Source: Candidatus Altimarinota bacterium (GTDB taxonomy: Bacteria; Patescibacteriota; Gracilibacteria; 1-14-2-50-48-13). From it: a stretch of 64,000 bases of DNA. The notes beneath the pieces were generated by a model that was not told the origin of the DNA, did no database searches, and worked only from the letters and a program-made list of their open reading frames with translations. Of the stretch, positions 1-9,933 are shown in pieces; the stretch's first letter is position 1, and every line of letters starts with the position of its first letter. The DNA lies in NCBI GenBank assembly GCA_046314355.1, contig JBKBWQ010000001.1, positions 1,184,001-1,248,000 of the forward strand. The letters are read 5' to 3'. The position numbers were made by a program, and so were the translations under genes.

Positions 1-382
1 GAAGTGCTTTCTCCTCTAAGCTTCGTGTCTCTGCATAAAGAGTTGTTTCTTCCTTGGATAATCCTGGAAGAATTGGAGTGGGAGCAAGGTTTAGATGTGC
101 AAGAGTCTGCTGAACTCCGATCTGAAATTGAGCTGAGAATCCGTAAATGTCACCATAGAGCTGTGCCACTGGTGAGCTAAAAGCCTGGACGCTAAATATC
201 GAGCCTAATCCGAGAGTTAAAAAGAGTAGGGCATATAGTGGACTCACGAAGAGCAGCTTATACTTTGCAAAAAGAGAAACTTTTTCCTGACCATAGAGTT
301 TTCTATGCTCCTTCAAAAGCATCTGTTTTAATGCTTTCTGTCTGCCGGGATCCGGTGTTGTGTAGGGAAATAGATTGTTCAT
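1..382 (-). CDS. Putative anti-sigma/membrane-anchored protein (5' part; runs off the window)
   Basis: Not in the ORF track. ATG at 382 overlaps the sigma-factor stop (ATGA). The frame is open to the window edge: MNNLFPYTTPDPGRQKALKQMLL...LLFVSPLYALLFLTLGLGSIFSVQAF (short cytoplasmic N-terminus plus one TM). Confidence 0.6.
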   Translation of the reverse strand, partial: MNNLFPYTTPDPGRQKALKQMLLKEHRKLYGQEKVSLFAKYKLLFVSPLYALLFLTLGLGSIFSVQAFSSPVAQLYGDIYGFSAQFQIGVQQTLAHLNLAPTPILPGLSKEETTLYAETRSLEEKAL

Positions 383-966
383 ATAGTATGTTTAGAGTTC
401 TTATGTAGAGAGGCAAAATTTTGTTGAAGTTTCTTATAGAGTCTGTGGTACTTTACTTTTATCGTCGAAGGTGGAATTCCCAGGATATGAGCGATCTCAC
501 CATACTTGAGATCTTGTTCAAATCTCATATAAATAAGCTCACGTTCATCTTCTTTTAGAGTCGTAATGATTTCCCGAATCTGACTGAGAAATCCTGCTCT
601 TTCTATATCTTCTTCTTCCAGCTGAAGCAGCGAATCCGGCATATCTTCCTCAGGTGCTGTAAGATCTTCATCCTGGTGAATGATCTTTGTGACTAGCTCC
701 TGTTCTTTCTTGTGTCTCCTGATATTGTCGATATATGTATTTCTCGCAATACGGTAGAGGTAACTGACATACTGATATCCTTTGTCCTGATAGGTGGTGA
801 TAGATTTGAGCGCTTTCATGTATGTCTCTGAACAGAGATCCCAGCTCATATCCTCATCACCTGAGGTAAGTACCATGCAGTATCGAAAGAGAGCTTGCAC
901 CGTCTGTTCATACACTTCTCCGAAAGCTTCTGGATCTGTCTGTGCTTTTTGTAACAACTCGTTCAT
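379..966 (-). CDS. ECF-type RNA polymerase sigma-70 factor
   Basis: Region 2 (DLCSETYMKAL...YLYRIARNTYID) and region 4 (LKYGEIAHILGIPPSTIKVKYHR); 195 aa. Confidence 0.9.
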   Translation of the reverse strand: MNELLQKAQTDPEAFGEVYEQTVQALFRYCMVLTSGDEDMSWDLCSETYMKALKSITTYQDKGYQYVSYLYRIARNTYIDNIRRHKKEQELVTKIIHQDEDLTAPEEDMPDSLLQLEEEDIERAGFLSQIREIITTLKEDERELIYMRFEQDLKYGEIAHILGIPPSTIKVKYHRLYKKLQQNFASLHKNSKHTI

Positions 967-1003
967 ATGGTGAGAAGTAGACTTATCTTTCAGAGAAATA
1001 AAA

Positions 1004-3409
1004 TTACTGCTGTTTAATAGTGAATTGAACTGATGAAGTTCCTAATTGTATAACGTGTGATCCTTCAGAAGGTTTCATAAAAAATACAAATGGTAAGGTA
1101 AAGTTCTCAGCGATGATCTGATTGTCGAGTTTTAACGGCATCGAAACGGTACCGCGACCTGTAACTTTGATAGGTATTTGCTGTGCAGAAAGAGGCTTTG
1201 TCGTATCAATAAAAAATGTATCTTCTCCTCTTGGATGTGTAATGAGCGGAGCTTTCTCAATGAGTTCTACTTTCGTATGATCACAGTATTCCAAAGGTGC
1301 CTGAGGAATGTGAACACTTTCTGCCCATTCAAGCAGCGGCGTAGGGAAAAATACCATGACTTTTTCAACTGTATTGGATGTACAGGATGCATTTGCTAGT
1401 AATCCAGTATCAATATCTATAGGGACTTTTTTGTACCACGTATCTGTCTGAATAGGAGCATTTTTTTTAGTGAAAAGAGCAAACGTACTTTCTGGACACT
1501 CTGTAGTAGCAAGGAGTCCTGAGGTTGTACAAATTCTCTTTTCAATAATGTTTGCAGAACGTTTCCACTCTGATTCATCAATATTTGTAATCTCATTCTC
1601 TCTTCTCCTCAGGAAATCACTCCAGATAGGAATAGCTCCTGTAATACCTGAGACACCTTCCATAGGGGTATTATCGTTGTTGCCTACCCAAACACCTACT
1701 GCGATACGCGGCGTATATCCAAGTGCCCAGTTATCTCTATAATCTTTTGTAGTTCCTGTTTTTACAGCTACATATTCATTTATATCAAGTCTATTTGCAG
1801 TACCAAAGGAGAGCGACCGGGCATTATTATCCCGAAGCACGTGGTTAATGAGATAGACACTGTCTGAGAAATTTTCCTGCTGCTCAGGAAAAAGACTTCC
1901 TGAGGCAGAGACATCATTTGTAAAAAGTACCTGCCCGTCTTTTTCTATTTTCTCTATGAGACTGATCTCTGTCTTTAGACCGCCGTTTGCTAGCATAGAG
2001 TATGCATGTGTGAGATCAATCAAGCGAACTTCTCCACCCCCTAATGTGATACCAAGGCCATAGTGATCAGGAGTATTCGCAAAGGTCATGCCGAAATGCT
2101 TCAAAGTATCATAAAAGGCATGAAAGCCAACCGTATCAAGTACTTTTACTGCAATAATATTCAGTGAACTGCCAAGTGCTGTAGAGAGTGAGACGGGTCC
2201 ATGGTATTTGAGATCATAGTTTTTTGGACTATATTTATCTCCTTTTGAAGTGATAAAATCACTTTCGATATCATAGACTACATCAGAAGGACTTGCTCCC
2301 TGCATAAAATAAGTAAGATAGGTAAAAGGCTTGAGACTAGAGCCAGGCTGCCTTTTTGCTGTTGTAACATTGAATTTTCCATCAATGTCCTCTGCATCGT
2401 AATCTTTACTGCCGAGCAGGACACGAACTTTTCCACTAGATGGTTCTATCACGACCATAGCTCCGTTTGAGATTTTTCGATCCCTGAGGGCTTCGATCTG
2501 TTTTTTTACGACGCTCTCTGCATCTTTCTGCCATGTGAGATTGAGAGTAGTAGTAATCTTATAATTTCCTTCTTCAAGATCCGGGTAGGTTTTTTTTACT
2601 TCCTGGATGACATAATCAACGAAGTGAGGGGCTTCTCTTGGGGCTTTATCATATGAAAGTGTTATTGGAAGAATAAGAGCTTCCTGCTCCTCTTCTTCAG
2701 TGATAAAGCCTAATCTCTGCATTCTATTCAATATCTCCTCCTGTCTCTGTTTTGCTCTTTCTGGATATTTGTAGGGATTATAATTCTCTGGTGAAGGTAT
2801 TAATCCTGCGAGATACGCAGTTTCACTTAATGAAAGAACTTCAGGTGTTTTCCCAAAATAGGTATTGGAAGCTGAGACTATGCCATAGGACTTATTTCCA
2901 AAGTAGATATGATTAAGGTATGTTTCCAGGATAGTATTTTTTGTATGAAAAATTTCAAATACTGGAGAGGCAACCGTCTCTCTCGCTTTTTGTAGAAAAG
3001 AACGGGAAGAATCAGAGTAATAGAGCTGCTTCACCACTTGAGACGTGATAGTACTTGCGCCGCTTTCAATACTGCCTGATGCTGCATTCTGAAATAATGC
3101 GCGACCGACTGCCTCGATATCAATGCCGTGATGGGCATAAAAGTTCTTATCTTCTCCTGCGACCACAGCTTCTAGTAGTGTCTTTGGAAGCTTTTCTATA
3201 TTGATTGATTCTCTTGAAGTTGCCCGGGATGAATGAATCTCATAAAGCAAAGTACCACTACTATCATAGATCTTTGTACTGTCCTTGATAGGAGAGGATG
3301 TGAACCATGGTATAAATACATACAATAAAAAAATCACAGCAAACAGTGAGGCAAGAATGATCCAGAATTTTTTTGAAGAAAGAGTTGAGAGAATGTTCAT
3401 TGGATGCAA
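1004..3409 (-). CDS. pbpC: Class A penicillin-binding protein, PBP1C-like
   Basis: N-terminal TM; GT51 motifs EDKNFYAHHG and GASTITSQ; transpeptidase SxxK (GSSLKP), SxN (SLN) and KTGT; PBP1C-like C-terminal domain. The start may be 3400. Confidence 0.8.
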   Translation of the reverse strand: MHPMNILSTLSSKKFWIILASLFAVIFLLYVFIPWFTSSPIKDSTKIYDSSGTLLYEIHSSRATSRESINIEKLPKTLLEAVVAGEDKNFYAHHGIDIEAVGRALFQNAASGSIESGASTITSQVVKQLYYSDSSRSFLQKARETVASPVFEIFHTKNTILETYLNHIYFGNKSYGIVSASNTYFGKTPEVLSLSETAYLAGLIPSPENYNPYKYPERAKQRQEEILNRMQRLGFITEEEEQEALILPITLSYDKAPREAPHFVDYVIQEVKKTYPDLEEGNYKITTTLNLTWQKDAESVVKKQIEALRDRKISNGAMVVIEPSSGKVRVLLGSKDYDAEDIDGKFNVTTAKRQPGSSLKPFTYLTYFMQGASPSDVVYDIESDFITSKGDKYSPKNYDLKYHGPVSLSTALGSSLNIIAVKVLDTVGFHAFYDTLKHFGMTFANTPDHYGLGITLGGGEVRLIDLTHAYSMLANGGLKTEISLIEKIEKDGQVLFTNDVSASGSLFPEQQENFSDSVYLINHVLRDNNARSLSFGTANRLDINEYVAVKTGTTKDYRDNWALGYTPRIAVGVWVGNNDNTPMEGVSGITGAIPIWSDFLRRRENEITNIDESEWKRSANIIEKRICTTSGLLATTECPESTFALFTKKNAPIQTDTWYKKVPIDIDTGLLANASCTSNTVEKVMVFFPTPLLEWAESVHIPQAPLEYCDHTKVELIEKAPLITHPRGEDTFFIDTTKPLSAQQIPIKVTGRGTVSMPLKLDNQIIAENFTLPFVFFMKPSEGSHVIQLGTSSVQFTIKQQ

Positions 3410-3548
3410 TATATAGCTATTACTTTAACTATACTTTTAACGTATGCAAGGGAAGAAGGTTACAGGGATCTCAAATTTTCTAAAAAGGAATTTTTGGTAG
3501 TTGAGGATGGTTTGTGGTATACTTATTGGAAATATATTTTTAGAAAAT

Positions 3549-5792
3549 ATGGATAATTCAAAACTTGAAAAGGAGTACTTCAAACTAGAGTTGGAAAAAT
3601 ATAAGGCTGATAATGCTTTTTTGGATACTCAACTGACCTCTCTGAAAAAAATGGGGTACGACTTAAATACTCTGGAAAATGCTGAAGAAGCTGAATTGAG
3701 TGAAGATCTTTTACAGGAATTATAATCTTCTATGAAAGAGTATAGCGAAGGTATAAAAAAAGATTCAGAACAAGGAAAAAATGACATATATAGATTGGTT
3801 GATAGGACCTCAACTATTCTTGAAAAGTCATCACCTTTAAGTAAAGAGGAGCGGGCAGAGATCTTACAGCTCCTTAACCAAATTACAAGCATTACGAAAC
3901 AAAAACAGCTTAAAAATATAAGTTTTTTCAAGGATCGTATACAGGACAGAATACAACAGTATTTTCCAAATCACCCTTTTTTAAAGGATATTATACAGTT
4001 TTCACATAAAGTGGAACTTCTCTCTGACGGAAAAGAGGCATTTGAAAAGACTGAAAAACTGATAAGGGAAGCGAAGAACAGTATCGAAGTACACATGTTT
4101 CTTTGGAAAAATGATCCGGTGGGTGATAGTATTATGAAGGCACTGCTTGAAAAGGCAAGACAGGGAGTGCGTGTAACAATCTATAAAGATATGCTTGCTG
4201 CACCGCATGAACTGAAGGATACCTATTCAGGGAGTATGTTGCATACTTCGGAGAGTGTCTTACCTCTCGTACAGTCTTATACTGGAAATCAAAAAATACC
4301 TACCGCGAAAAGGTTGAAAAGTACTTATTTCTCTGAGCTTGAACAGCTTGCAAACACTCAGAAGAATGTCAAAATTATCGGATCTCAGATACTGAATGAT
4401 CACTCTAAGTTTCTTATTACTGATAATTCTTCAATAATTATCGGTGATATGAACTATGCCCATGAGTATAAGCATAAATGGAGAGGATTTATGATGGGAA
4501 TGTACAATAGCACTCTATTTGTCCAGCATTTTAAAGAAAGATGGTCTGGAAAGAAACCAAGTACTTTCGCATCAGTTGAAGTCTCACTGAATACTCATCC
4601 CAATACTCCATCTGAAAAGAATTTTGAGATAAAGAAAAAGGTATTAACACTGTTATCTCAGGCAAGTAAAAGTGTCGTTATTGAGATGGCGTACCTTGGT
4701 GATAAGGATATTTCTCAGGCACTTGTGAATACAGCTAAACGTGGAGTTATAGTTGATATAATCATACCAAAGAATGCAAATATACAGCAAAACTTAAATA
4801 TGCGTGAAGCCAATAAACTTCTTGAAGCAGCAAGTAGAAATAAGATTCCACTGCATATTTATCTCTATCCAAAAATGACTCATGCGAAGTCAATGCTTGT
4901 GGATAATCGTATTTCATTCCTAGGATCAGCCAATTTTAATCCTTCGTCCATGCAACAACTTGGAGAGACAAATCTTTATATGGACGATGCTGATAGTCCT
5001 TTCACAAAAGAATTTTCCTCACAGTTACAAGGGGACAAAGCAATTTCTAGTCAGATGTTGTCAGTGCAACCATTTGATTCCAGACTTGCTATGATCGAGG
5101 AAGATCCTGCTGCTGTAAAAGATAAAACAAAGGAGTTTCAGACGAGAGGAATGGAGAAGGTTCTTGAAATATTTAATCCGATTAGTCTCTCTGCACACCT
5201 GACATCAATTTTTTTGTGCCTTAATCAAAGAAAGGATCCATCCAAAGCAGTAAATAATTTTAGAGAATATCTTTATAGTATGACTCATGAGAGTGTGTTC
5301 AGTGATCCCTCAATCAATACACTGATATTGAAAGAAACAACGGATATGTACTTTAAGTTTAAGGACTTTGTGGTGAAATTTAGTAAAAAGTCTCTTTTAG
5401 ACGTTATGATTGGAGAAGCAAAAAGCGCAAAGGAATTCATTGCCCATGTTGCCAGGTATGCTGGTGGTGATCCTGAAGCAGAGGAAGGTATGCGATTCTA
5501 CGGGAAATTCATGTCTTCTTTTATGAATGTATCACCTGATCTTAAACAGGATATGAAAGTGGTAACAACAAATATGAGTGCATTACTTCCAACTTTTACA
5601 AAAAAAGAAAAGGATGCGTCGTTGTCCAGAAATATGCTTGTGGTTCTTCTCTGCTCAACTATTGGTGCAAAGGGGGTAGGGTTTCTGGCAAAATTTAGTA
5701 AAGTTAAAAAGATGGCTGGTCTCGTTGGAACTGCAGGTGTTGTTGTATATAGAACAAATCTAGCAAGTGAAAAGATCAAACCTCTAAAGTAA
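3549..5792 (+). CDS. Phospholipase D family (cardiolipin-synthase-like) protein, interrupted near the 5' end by an in-frame TAA at 3723-3725
   Basis: Two HKD motifs (HSKFLITD; HAKSMLVD followed by GSANF). ORFs 3501-3725 and 3732-5792 share one frame. Confidence 0.8.
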
Positions 5793-5891
5793 GGGAGAAT
5801 TATTTGTCTATCTAGTTTTTTGTACTCAATAGATATTTTCTTTCCATAATCTGAAACCCATGTAGAATTATGGCATATACTTATCTTACGC

Positions 5892-6791
5892 ATGTTTATG
5901 AGTGATCTCATTATTGTAATTGGAGTAATTGTTGTATTTCTACTCCTAATATCTATCCGGATTGTAGAGCAGAATACTGTGCTTGTGATTGAATTTCTTG
6001 GTAAATTCAACAGAGTCATGGGGGCTGGATTGAATTTCAAAGTTCCATTTCTTGAGAGAGTTGCAGCAAAGGTAACTTTGAGACAGCAGAATTTTTCTAT
6101 TCATGGGAAATATCCTTCTGCGGATAAAGTAATCGTTGATATTTCGACAAACCTTATCTATACAGCTCAAGCAAATGAAGATGGTATCAAAAAATTCACA
6201 TATACTCTCCAAAATAAGGAGCAGTCTATAGGTGCGATTATTGAGAACTCTCTCAGAACATATATAGCGAAGGAGACACATGAGGGAATCCTTGAGAAAA
6301 AAGAGGAGCTTGCTATGCATATCAGAGCAGATCTTGAGAAACAGTTTGATGAATGGGGTATGACTATTCAGAGTTTTCAGATTACAAATGTGGATTTTCC
6401 AATTCAGATTACTACAGCCATGTCTGAGGTAGTTGCATCTCAGCAGCTTCGAAAGGCAGCGGAAAATAAGGGTGAGGCTACAAAGATCCAGGCTATCAAG
6501 GAAGCTGAGGCTGAGAAAGAGAGAAAGAGACTCCAGGGAGAAGGTATTGCTCAGGAGCGAAAGGCGATTGCGGAGGGACTTAAGGAATCTATTGAGGTGG
6601 TACGTGAAGCGACTGGACAGGGGTCTTCAGAGATCATGTCTATCCTGATGCTTACACAATATCTTGATACCCTAAAAGGTGTAGGTATGACGGAGAATAA
6701 CAAAGTAATCTTTATGGACTCCAGTATGGGAAAAACAAATGAACTGATGCAGAGTCTTATTGCATCATATGAAGCACAGAAAGAGAAGTAG
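5892..6791 (+). CDS. SPFH/band 7 domain membrane protein
   Basis: N-terminal TM; EFLGKFNRV...GLNFKVPF; coiled coil AEAEKERKRLQGEGIA. Confidence 0.9.
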   Translation: MFMSDLIIVIGVIVVFLLLISIRIVEQNTVLVIEFLGKFNRVMGAGLNFKVPFLERVAAKVTLRQQNFSIHGKYPSADKVIVDISTNLIYTAQANEDGIKKFTYTLQNKEQSIGAIIENSLRTYIAKETHEGILEKKEELAMHIRADLEKQFDEWGMTIQSFQITNVDFPIQITTAMSEVVASQQLRKAAENKGEATKIQAIKEAEAEKERKRLQGEGIAQERKAIAEGLKESIEVVREATGQGSSEIMSILMLTQYLDTLKGVGMTENNKVIFMDSSMGKTNELMQSLIASYEAQKEK

Positions 6792-6824
6792 AAATAAAGA
6801 TATTTTGAAAACCAAAAGCCTGCT

Positions 6825-7967
6825 TTACGAAGTAAGGCTTTTTGGTAAACGGGCTATTATTTCTTTTAAAGACTGTTGAAGATCATCAATGGACTTTTCA
6901 GAAGAGAGGATATGATTTTTTTCTTGAAAACTTTCCAGCACAAATACGTTGTAACCTTTGTGGGCAAGGATAAAAGATAAAGGCTCGGCTGCCGTATCAA
7001 CGGAGAGCTCTTTCATAAGATCTATAAATTCATGTGCAAGTCCTATTGTGACGCTGCCGTTTGAATTTTTAAGGTGGGAGACAATATTATCGGCAAGCAG
7101 GTAATTCTCTAAAAGTCTTGAGGTAAAAAAACTAGCTGCTTCTGTCTTAGAAAGAGCAGATGCTACAAATGTTTTTGTGTTTACCGTTTGAATAAATCTT
7201 TCTTCCATCCCATATTTTTTCGCATTTGCAAAAGTGTTGAATTGGACAGAAAAACTCATATTTAAAGGGTCAAAATGTTTTCGCGTGAGAGAATCATGGT
7301 GACTTCCTTCAAAAACATGATTATTTATCTCGTGATTGAGTAAATTGATGATCGCATCATGAAGAGGTTTTTTTGCTTCCTCTATAACCTTCAGTATCTG
7401 TTCTATGTTCTCTTGAGAAGCATTATAGTTCTCTTGTATCTTCTTCATTATATTCTCTTGCTGTCCATGCACTTGAGGAAGAAGAATAATATTTCCTTTC
7501 GCTTCCTTAGCCTCCACTACATATATTGGATCAATATGTAGTTGTTTTGCAAATTTCTGCATGGACTCTGAAGATTTATTCAAAGATACTCGGTGAATAT
7601 TTTTTGCTTGAATCTGGGGGCTTTCGGTCTCATGAATTTTTAAAAGGATAGTGGATATTCCTTCTTTAATTGAAGCTGCATCTTGCAAATGGAGAAAATG
7701 TGAGTAATAAGTTTTTCTCTCAGGTGTGAGCTCACTTTCTAAAAGAGTTTCTCTATAATTTGCAAAAAGTTTTTCTTCCCAATCTGCTTCTAAGTACATG
7801 CAGTTATTCACATACTTAGTGTGGTCAGATACAAGCCTAGTAAGAATCTCTGATAAAATTTCCTCTCCCTCAAGAGTCTTTTTAATCAAAGAGATATCAC
7901 TTTCCACTGAAGTTGCCGGCCATTTAGGTCTATCATTCTCTTGATATTCACTAGGGAAATTATGCAT
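6825..7967 (-). CDS. Hypothetical protein (weak resemblance to TraB/ChaN/EreA-type fold motifs)
   Basis: 380-aa ORF with its own promoter (TTGACA-16-TATATT at 8019-7992). Motifs LLPQVH, VFEG and IGLAHE are only suggestive. Confidence 0.55.
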   Translation of the reverse strand: MHNFPSEYQENDRPKWPATSVESDISLIKKTLEGEEILSEILTRLVSDHTKYVNNCMYLEADWEEKLFANYRETLLESELTPERKTYYSHFLHLQDAASIKEGISTILLKIHETESPQIQAKNIHRVSLNKSSESMQKFAKQLHIDPIYVVEAKEAKGNIILLPQVHGQQENIMKKIQENYNASQENIEQILKVIEEAKKPLHDAIINLLNHEINNHVFEGSHHDSLTRKHFDPLNMSFSVQFNTFANAKKYGMEERFIQTVNTKTFVASALSKTEAASFFTSRLLENYLLADNIVSHLKNSNGSVTIGLAHEFIDLMKELSVDTAAEPLSFILAHKGYNVFVLESFQEKNHILSSEKSIDDLQQSLKEIIARLPKSLTS

Positions 7968-8113
7968 TGTATAATAATAAATATTTTATGTAATATATTT
8001 CTTTTTTATAGTTTGTCAAAACCTGATCTATTGAAACATTGTTTTCTATAACTTGTTATTCTTGAAAGAAGAAGTACAATAAAAAATACTCTTATTTTCA
8101 TAATAAGCACCTT

Positions 8114-9628
8114 ATGAAGAAACACACTGGAGGCACAAAGTCTGTCTGGATGGCAACTGAAAAGACATTAAGGGGGAGTCCTTTAATACAAGATTGGGAA
8201 TGTGATGTGTGTATTGTGGGAGGCGGCATAGCAGAACTTAGTATTGCTTATATGCTTGCGAAAGAAGGCAAAAGAGTAGTAGTGCTTGAGGCCGGTGAAA
8301 TAGGAAATGGTGAAACAGAAAGAACAACTGCACATCTATCGAACGCACTGGATGATAGATATTCTGAAATAGAAAGAATACATGGAAAAGAAAAAGCAAA
8401 ACTAGTATGGGAGAGTCATAGCTGGGCAATTGATCAAATAGAAAAAAATAGTAGAGCTGAGGAGATTGAATGTGATTTTACAAGGCTGGATGGATATCTC
8501 TTTTTAGGAAAAAATGATACTGAAGACACTCTTACAAAGGAGTTAAAAAGTATCAAAGAAATAGGAATTACCAATGTGGAGAAGGTGCTCAATATTCTGC
8601 TTTTTCCTCAATCAGGTCCAGCTTTGAAATTTAAGAACCAGGCTCAATTTCATCCTTTGAAATATCTTCATGGTCTCACAAATGCCATAGAAAAAAGAGG
8701 AGGTAGAATCTTTACGCATACAAAGGTTAAAGAGATTGTGGATAAAGAAGATACATATGTCGAGACGGAAAATGGTCTGCAGGTAAAGGCTGATAGTGTG
8801 GTTGTCGCTACGAATAGTCCTATACATGATAATCTCTGGATTCATACAAAACAGGCAGCATACAGAACATATGTGATTGCGTATGAAGTAGAGAAAGGGA
8901 CAGTACAAAAAAACCTCTATTGGGATACAGAAGATCCCTATCATTATGTGCGTATTGTAGAGGATAATGGCAATGATATTGTGCTTATTGGAGGTGAAGA
9001 TCACAAGACAGGTCAACAGGATGAAAATCATGATCCATATGTTTTTCTACGACAGTGGGCAGAAGAGGTATTAGGTATGTCAGGTGAACCTAAGGATTGC
9101 TGGTCTGGACAAGTAATGGAAACAATTGACGGACTTGCATATATAGGAAGAGATCCGAAGTATAAGCATATCTATATTGTTACAGGGGATTCCGGTATGG
9201 GAATGACTCATAGTACTATCGCTAGTGTTTTGATTCCTGATCTTATTAATGAAAGAAAAAATAATTGGGAAGAGATATATGATCCAGCAAGAAAACCGGT
9301 AAAAGCCATCAGAGAGTTTTTGAAAGAAAGTATAAATATGGCTGCTCAACTTCCTGATAAAATCTTGAAGAGAGATGTACATTCAGTATCAGACATATCC
9401 AGTGGAGAAGGTGCAGTGATCAGTGAATATGGAAAAAAGATTGCCGCATATAAAGATGAACAAGGTGTACTTACAAAATGTTCTGCTGTCTGTCCGCATT
9501 TGGGATGTATCGTAGATTGGAATAATGAGGAAAAAAGCTGGGATTGTCCATGCCACGGATCAAGGTTTACCGCAAAAGGAAAAGTAATCGCAGGACCAGC
9601 TGTGTCAGATCTTTCTAAAGAGCTGTAA
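8114..9628 (+). CDS. FAD-dependent oxidoreductase with C-terminal Rieske 2Fe-2S domain (YhfW-like)
   Basis: DVCIVGGGIAE Rossmann start; WSGQ; Rieske ligands CPHLGC and WDCPCHGSRF. Confidence 0.9.
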   Translation: MKKHTGGTKSVWMATEKTLRGSPLIQDWECDVCIVGGGIAELSIAYMLAKEGKRVVVLEAGEIGNGETERTTAHLSNALDDRYSEIERIHGKEKAKLVWESHSWAIDQIEKNSRAEEIECDFTRLDGYLFLGKNDTEDTLTKELKSIKEIGITNVEKVLNILLFPQSGPALKFKNQAQFHPLKYLHGLTNAIEKRGGRIFTHTKVKEIVDKEDTYVETENGLQVKADSVVVATNSPIHDNLWIHTKQAAYRTYVIAYEVEKGTVQKNLYWDTEDPYHYVRIVEDNGNDIVLIGGEDHKTGQQDENHDPYVFLRQWAEEVLGMSGEPKDCWSGQVMETIDGLAYIGRDPKYKHIYIVTGDSGMGMTHSTIASVLIPDLINERKNNWEEIYDPARKPVKAIREFLKESINMAAQLPDKILKRDVHSVSDISSGEGAVISEYGKKIAAYKDEQGVLTKCSAVCPHLGCIVDWNNEEKSWDCPCHGSRFTAKGKVIAGPAVSDLSKEL

Positions 9629-9664
9629 TCAAAAAGACCACTTATGAGAAAGTGGTCTTTTTGA
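9629..9664. terminator. Bidirectional intrinsic terminator
   Basis: TCAAAAAGACCACT-N8-AGTGGTCTTTTTGA between convergent genes. Confidence 0.85.
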
Positions 9665-9673
9665 TATCCGGAT

Positions 9674-9844
9674 CTATTTACCTTTTGCGTGTCCTTCTTC
9701 CTTGTGATGTTTCATTACCGTCCGCGCTGCCACCTCCTCTTCTCGTCCTTTATAGCGACCGTCCGCCTTTGCGCTTTTTAAGATTCCTTCATACATTTTT
9801 TGTTCTTTCGGTCCGACACCTCGAAGATGTTTTCCTTTTGGCAT
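9674..9844 (-). CDS. Small basic protein, 56 aa
   Basis: MPKGKHLRGVGPKEQKMYEGILKSAKADGRYKGREEEVAARTVMKHHKEEGHAKGK; ends just before the terminator; below the ORF-track cutoff. Confidence 0.75.
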   Translation of the reverse strand: MPKGKHLRGVGPKEQKMYEGILKSAKADGRYKGREEEVAARTVMKHHKEEGHAKGK

Positions 9845-9933
9845 GGTAGAATGAGTTATGATGTAGAAGAGAATTTGATTCTCCTTCTATTATAGGCTCA
9901 TTTCACAAATGAACAATATGAAGTATTTGAAGA

